From NCBI GenBank assembly GCA_030141605.1, contig JAQGDQ010000741.1, positions 15,246 to 79,245 on the forward strand: a DNA stretch of 64,000 nt, in the 5' to 3' direction. Under the pieces are notes generated by a model that ran no database searches, was not told the origin of the DNA, and saw only the letters and a program-made list of their open reading frames with translations. Position 1 is the stretch's first letter. Each line of letters opens with the position of its first letter. This document shows, one piece after another, positions 55,401 to 61,400 of this stretch. The DNA is from Tubiluchus corallicola (taxonomy: Eukaryota; Animalia; Priapulida). Position numbers and translations under genes: made by a program.

Positions 55401-58400
55401 TGTTTGTTCTTTTGTCTCTAACAGTTCAGTTGCTTTTGTCAGAAGGACAGGTAAAGAGGATGAAATTTTTGTTGAAGTTTTTGTAGTTGGCAATGTACTA
55501 ACAGTACCTTGGGAAGAACTAGTAATAGTTGATTGTTGTGGTCTGATAGGCTTCAGTGATGGAAGCAATACCATTTTAGATGTTGATGTTGGTGCCGATG
55601 GGAAGTTTGTAAAAGGCGAGCTGTTTGTGGTTTTTAGTGTTTGTACTACTGGTGTTATTTGTGTGGCAGGTGGTGGTCTGGTTGCTGCTTCTGTTTGTGG
55701 TAAGTCTGTAGCACCTGGCATTTCAAGAGTAGTTAGTTCTGTTTGCTCAACAAATGCAGTATTAGCTACCTTTTCACTTATTAGTTCTGCTACGGGTAAT
55801 GTGGTTTTAGGATTTTCCGTAGATTGTAATAATTTAGTTGTTTTTGGTGTTACTATTTCAAACATGGTTGACAGTTTAGATGCTGCTGTTGTTGTTAAGG
55901 GTGATTGCAGTCCTGTCATCGTTGTTTGATTTATAAATACTTCCTTTGGTAATGTAGTAACAGTTAGGTGTTTTGTAGAGGTAGTAGTCGCTGTCTGTGG
56001 TGGACCTGCAGGTGTTACAAGTTTTGTAGTTTGTTGAATTGGTGTATTAAACTTAGCTGCAGCTGTTGTTGTTGGTTGCAAAAGAATAGTCGTTTGAAGT
56101 TTGCTGCGTCCTTCTGTTGGTGTTGACGGTAGAGGCATTGTACGAGATGATCCAGTTGTTGTACCAGGACGAGTTGCTGCATACGATGGCGATACTGTAA
56201 GAGCTGATATTGTTCTCCCTAATTCTAAGATTGCAGAAGTAAGTTGCTTATTTGTAGATGTTGTAATATTTTCGGATTTAGTAGTTTGTTGCTCAACTCT
56301 TTGTGCAGATGTGGAAGGCACTTGTGTTGCAGATACCTGTTTGGTTAATTTCGTTACTATAGCTGGAACAGTCGAGTATCCTGCTTGAAGAGAAGCTGTA
56401 GTCATTTTGGCATTTGTAAAATTCGAAGTTGCTGCTGTGATTTTGGTTACTGTAATATTAGGTTGAGCAACTGGAAGACTGGTACTTTTGTTTGGAAATT
56501 TCGTTGCAAATGTAGCATTTAAAAGTTCATTGCTTTGTGTACTAGTCTGAGATACTGCTGTTGTCTGCAGACTTGATGTAGGACCTTTACTTGATACAGA
56601 CTGAAGTGTGGCACTTGTTGGTTTAAAATGTTTTGTAGTAGCAGTAACATTTTGTTCTACTGTTTCTCCTGGTGCAGCCATTTCTCTGGTGCTCAGTGTA
56701 GGTTGAGAAGCATTTGATGTAAAGTTGTTGCTAATTTTTGTACTCACCGTTGTCATTGCTGTAGATGCTGACATTTTTAGCGAAGCTAACTCACTCGTTG
56801 TCACTGGAGGTGTAGCATTCTCTGTTTGAACATGCTTTGTAGTTGTGGAGCTGTTATATGCGTTCTTTGTAGTTTGAGTTGCACTTGTCGTCAAAAGTTT
56901 GTTTAATGTTGTACTTGCAACTGGATATAAAGTTTGGCTAGGCACACCTTGAGTTGCAGCATTTGTACTGCTGACCACTGTGCTGACCACTGTGCTGACA
57001 ATTGGGTTTATTTCTGCAGCATTCGGCACTCTTGTGGTGATTACTGTTGCATTCAATCGAGGAGTTACCAAAGTGGAGGCTGATGATGTTGTCAACGATG
57101 TTGATGGCAAAGTTTGGCTTGCTGCAACTGGAGTTTCAAATTTTGTTGTTTCAGGGTACCGTGCAGTAGTTGTAACGTTTTGCTCGCTTGTTGGTGTAAC
57201 TGGCACTGGAGTGCTTGTGACACCTTTTATAGTTTGTTTCACATTCAATACCATTGTGCTGCTGACTGTTGAGTTTATTTCCTGAACTGGTGAAGTCAAT
57301 GCTATCAATGATGTCCATGTGGTTGGCACTAAGGCTCGAGTCACAGCAGCTGTAGTTGTAATGTTTGAATTTTCAGCATAAGCTGGAGTAGTTGAAATGT
57401 TGGACTTAATTGCTGAAGTAACTAGTATTGGTTTGAGAGTGCTACCATTTGTAGTTTGAGTTCCAGTTGACATTGCTGATGTTGTTGATGTTGATGACGT
57501 TGAAGTGAGTGCAGGCTGTGATACCTGGGTGAAGTTTGTTGTCCACGAAGTAATGAAAGTTTGAGTTGGTGTACTTGGAGCTGCTGTTGTGGCCAATTCT
57601 GGTATAATTGTGCTAGCTTCCACAGCTTGAGTTGTGCTTGATGCCAGTGGGGTACCGACTGTAGTGTTCATTTGAGAAACAGGCAAAACAGATGAGGGTA
57701 ATGATGTCATTGGTGTGGCTGGTAATGTTCGGGATGCTGTAATTGGTCTTGTGACATTTGGTGTTGTTTGCAGGTTTTCCTCGATGGTTGCAACAAATGC
57801 AGTTGTAACTAATGCTGGAGTGATTGTGCTGGTTTCTGTGGCCTGAGTTGCACTTGATGCAGCCGTGATGCCATGTGTAGCATTTGCTTGAGAAACTGGT
57901 AAAACAGATGCAGGCAGTGTTGACAATTGTGTTTGCGGTAATGTAGGCACCGCAGGAGTTGTAAGGTTAGGCTCAGCTGCTGATGTGAAAGGGACAGACA
58001 GAGCTGTGCTAGTCTCTTTTGTTTGAGTTACATTTGATGCCAATGTTGAGCTGACTGTTGTGTTGATTTGAGGAACTGGCAAAGCAGATCCTGGCTGTGA
58101 TGTCATTGGTTTTGATGCTGACGTTTCAGTTGTCGTAACAGGCGTTGTTACGTTTGTTGTTTCAATATATTCCTCAGTAGTTGTAACGTTGAATGCTGTC
58201 ACAACTGGTACAGTCACAATTGTGCTAGTTCCTGTAGTTTGCGTTGCATTTGACTCCAATGTGGTGCTGATTGTCAAATTCATTTGAGAAACTGGCAAAG
58301 TATGTTTGGGCAGTGATGTCGTTAGTATTGATGGTAATGATTTAGTCGTTATAATTGGAGCGGTGACATTTGTTGTTTGACGGTGTTCTTCAATAGAAGT

Positions 58401-61400
58401 AAGGTTGGGTTTAAATGCTGGTGTAATTGTACTAGTCCCAGTAGTCTGAGTTGCGTTTGATGATAATGTGGTGCTGACTGTTGTGAGGATTTGAGAAACT
58501 GGCAAAGTGGAAGCATGCAATGATGTCATTGGCGTTGATGGTAACGTTTGATTTTGAGATGTTATAATTGGAGTTGTGACATTTGTTGTTTGCAGATATT
58601 CTTCAGAAGTTGTAATGTTGGATTCAAATATTGGTGTGAATGCGAAAGAGGTAGATGTGCTAGCCTCTGTAGTTTGAGTTGTTACAGTTGGAGTCGTGGC
58701 ATTTGTTGTTTGTAGATACTCTTCAGTAGTTGTGAGGTTGGTCTCTAATGGTGGTGTTAATGGTGCAGAGGTAATTGTAGTAGCCTCAGTAGTTTGAGTT
58801 GCATTTGATGGCAATGTGGTGCCAACTGTTGTGTTGATTTCAGGAACTAGCAAAGTGGAAGCAGGCAGTGACGTTAGTGGTGTTGATGATAACATTTGAG
58901 TTGTTACAGTTGGAGTTGTGGCATTTGTTGCTTGTAGATATTCTTCAGTAATAGTGAAGTTGGTCTCAAATGTTGGTGTGAATGGTGTAGAGGTAGTTGT
59001 GCTAGCCTCTGTAGTTTGACTTGCATTTGATGGCAATGTGGCACTGACTGTTCCATTGATTTGAGGAACTGGCAAAGTAGAAGCAGGCAGTAACGTCAGT
59101 GGTGTTGATGGTAACGTTTGAGTTGTTACGGTTGGAGTTGTGGCATTTGTTGTTTGCAGATACTCTTCAGTAATTGTGAGGTTAGTCTCAAATGCTGGTG
59201 TGAATGGTGCAGATGTAATTGTAGTAGCCTCTGTAGTTTGATTTACATTTGTTGACAATGTGGCGCTGACTGTTGTGTTGATTTCAGGAACTAGCAAAGT
59301 GGAAGCAGGCAGAGAGGACAGTGGTGTTGATGGTAACATTTGAGTTGTTACAGTTGAAGTTGTGGGATTTGTTGTTTGTAGATACTCTTCAGTAGTTGTG
59401 AGGTTAGTCTCTAATGTCGGTGTGAATGGTGCAGAGATAGATGTGCTAGCCTCTGAAGTTTGAGTTGTTACAGTTGGAGTCGTGGCATTTGTTGATGGCA
59501 GATATTCTTCAGTAGTTGTGAGGTTGGTCTCTAATGTTGGTGTAAATGGTGCAAAGGTAATTGTAGTAGCCTCTGTAGTTTGAGTTGCATTTGATGGCAA
59601 TGTGGCACTGACTGTTGTGTTGATTTCAGGAACTGGCAAAGTGGAAGCAGGAAGTGATGTCAGTGGTGTTGATGGTAATGTTTGAGTTATTACAGTTGGA
59701 GTCGTGGCATTTGCTGTTTGTAGATATTCTTCAGTAGTTGTGAGGTTAGACACAAATGTTGGTGTAAATGGTGCAAAGGTAATTGCAGTAGCCTCATTAG
59801 TTTGAGTTGCATTTGATGGCAATGTGACGCCGACTGTTGTGTTGATTTCAGGAACTAGCAAAGTGGATGCAGGCAGTGACGTCAGTGGTGTTGATGGCAA
59901 CATTTGAGTTGTTACAGTTGGAGTCGTGGCATTTGCCGTTTGTAGATACTCTTCAGTAGTTGTGAGGTTGGTCTCTAATGTTGGTGTGAATGTTGCAGAT
60001 GTAATTGTAGTAGCCTCAGTAGTTTGAGTTGCATTTGATGGCAATGTGGCACTGACTGTTGTGTTGATTTCAGGAACTAGCAAAGTGGAAGCAGGCAGAG
60101 AGGACAGTGGTGTTGATGGTAACATTTGAGTTGTTACAGTTGGAGTTGTGGCATTTGTTGTTTGCAGATATTCTTCAGTAGTTGTGAGGTTGGTCTCTAA
60201 TGTTGGTGTTAATGGTGCAGAGGTAATTGTAATAGCCTCCGTAGTTTGAGTTGCATTTGATGACAATGTGGCACTGACTGTTGTGTTGATTTCAGGAACT
60301 AGCAAAGTGGAAGCAGGCAGTGACGTCAGTGGTGTTGATGATAATGTTTGAGTTGTTACAGTTGAAGTCGTGGCATTTGTTGTTTGTAGATATTCTTCAG
60401 TAGTTGTGAGGTTGGTCTCTAATGTTGGTGTGAATGGTGCAGAGGTAATTGTAGTAGCCTCAGTAGTTTGAGTTGCATTTGATGACAATGTGGTGCCAAC
60501 TGTTGTGTTGATTTCAGGAACTGGCAAAGTGGAAGCAGGAAGTGATGTCAGCGGTGTTGATGGTAACGTTTGAGTTGTTACAGTTGGAGTCGTGGCATTT
60601 GCCGTTTGTAGATACTCTTCAGTAGTTGTGAGGTTAGTCTCTAATGTCGGTGTGAATGGTGCAGAGATAGATGTGTTAGCCTCTGAAGTTTGAGTTGTTA
60701 CAGTTGAAGTCGTGGCATTTGTTGTTTGCAGATATTCTTCAGTAATAGTGAAGTTGGTCTCAAATGTTGGTGTGAATGGTGTAGAGGTAGTTGTGCTAGC
60801 CTCTGTAGTTTGAGTTGCATTTGATGGCAATGTGTCACTGACTGTTGTGTTGATTTGAGAAACTGGCAAAGTGGAAGCAGGATGTGACGTCAGTGGTGTT
60901 GATGGTAACGTTTGAGTTGTTACAGTTGGAGTTGTGGCATTTGTTGTTTGTAGATACTCTTCAGTAATTGTGAGGTTAGTCTCAAATGCTGGTGTGAATG
61001 GTGCAGAGGTAATTGTAGTAGCCTCTGTAGTTTGATTTGCATTTGATGGCAATGTGGCGCTGACTGTTGTGTTGATTTCAGGAACTAGCAAAGTGGAAGC
61101 AGGCAGAGAGGACAGTGGTGTTGATGGTAACATTTGAGTTGTTACAGTTGAAGTTGTGGCATTTGCTGTTTGTAGATACTCTTCAGTAGTTGTGAGGTTA
61201 GTCTCTAATGTCGGTGTGAATGGTGCAGAGATAGATGTGCTAGCCTCTGAAGTTTGAGTTGTTACAGTTGGAGTCGTGGCATTTGTTGATGGCAGATATT
61301 CTTCAGTAGTTGTGAGGTTGGATTCAAATATTGGTGTGAATGCGAAAGAGGTAGATGTGCTAGCCTCTGTAGTTTGAGTTGCATTTGATGACAATGTGGC

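Noticed and set aside
49492-57285. Plus-strand Val/Gly-rich ORFs overlapping the mucin-like gene
   Set aside because: Antisense shadows of Thr/Pro/Ser codons. They duplicate with the coding repeats and have no independent features.
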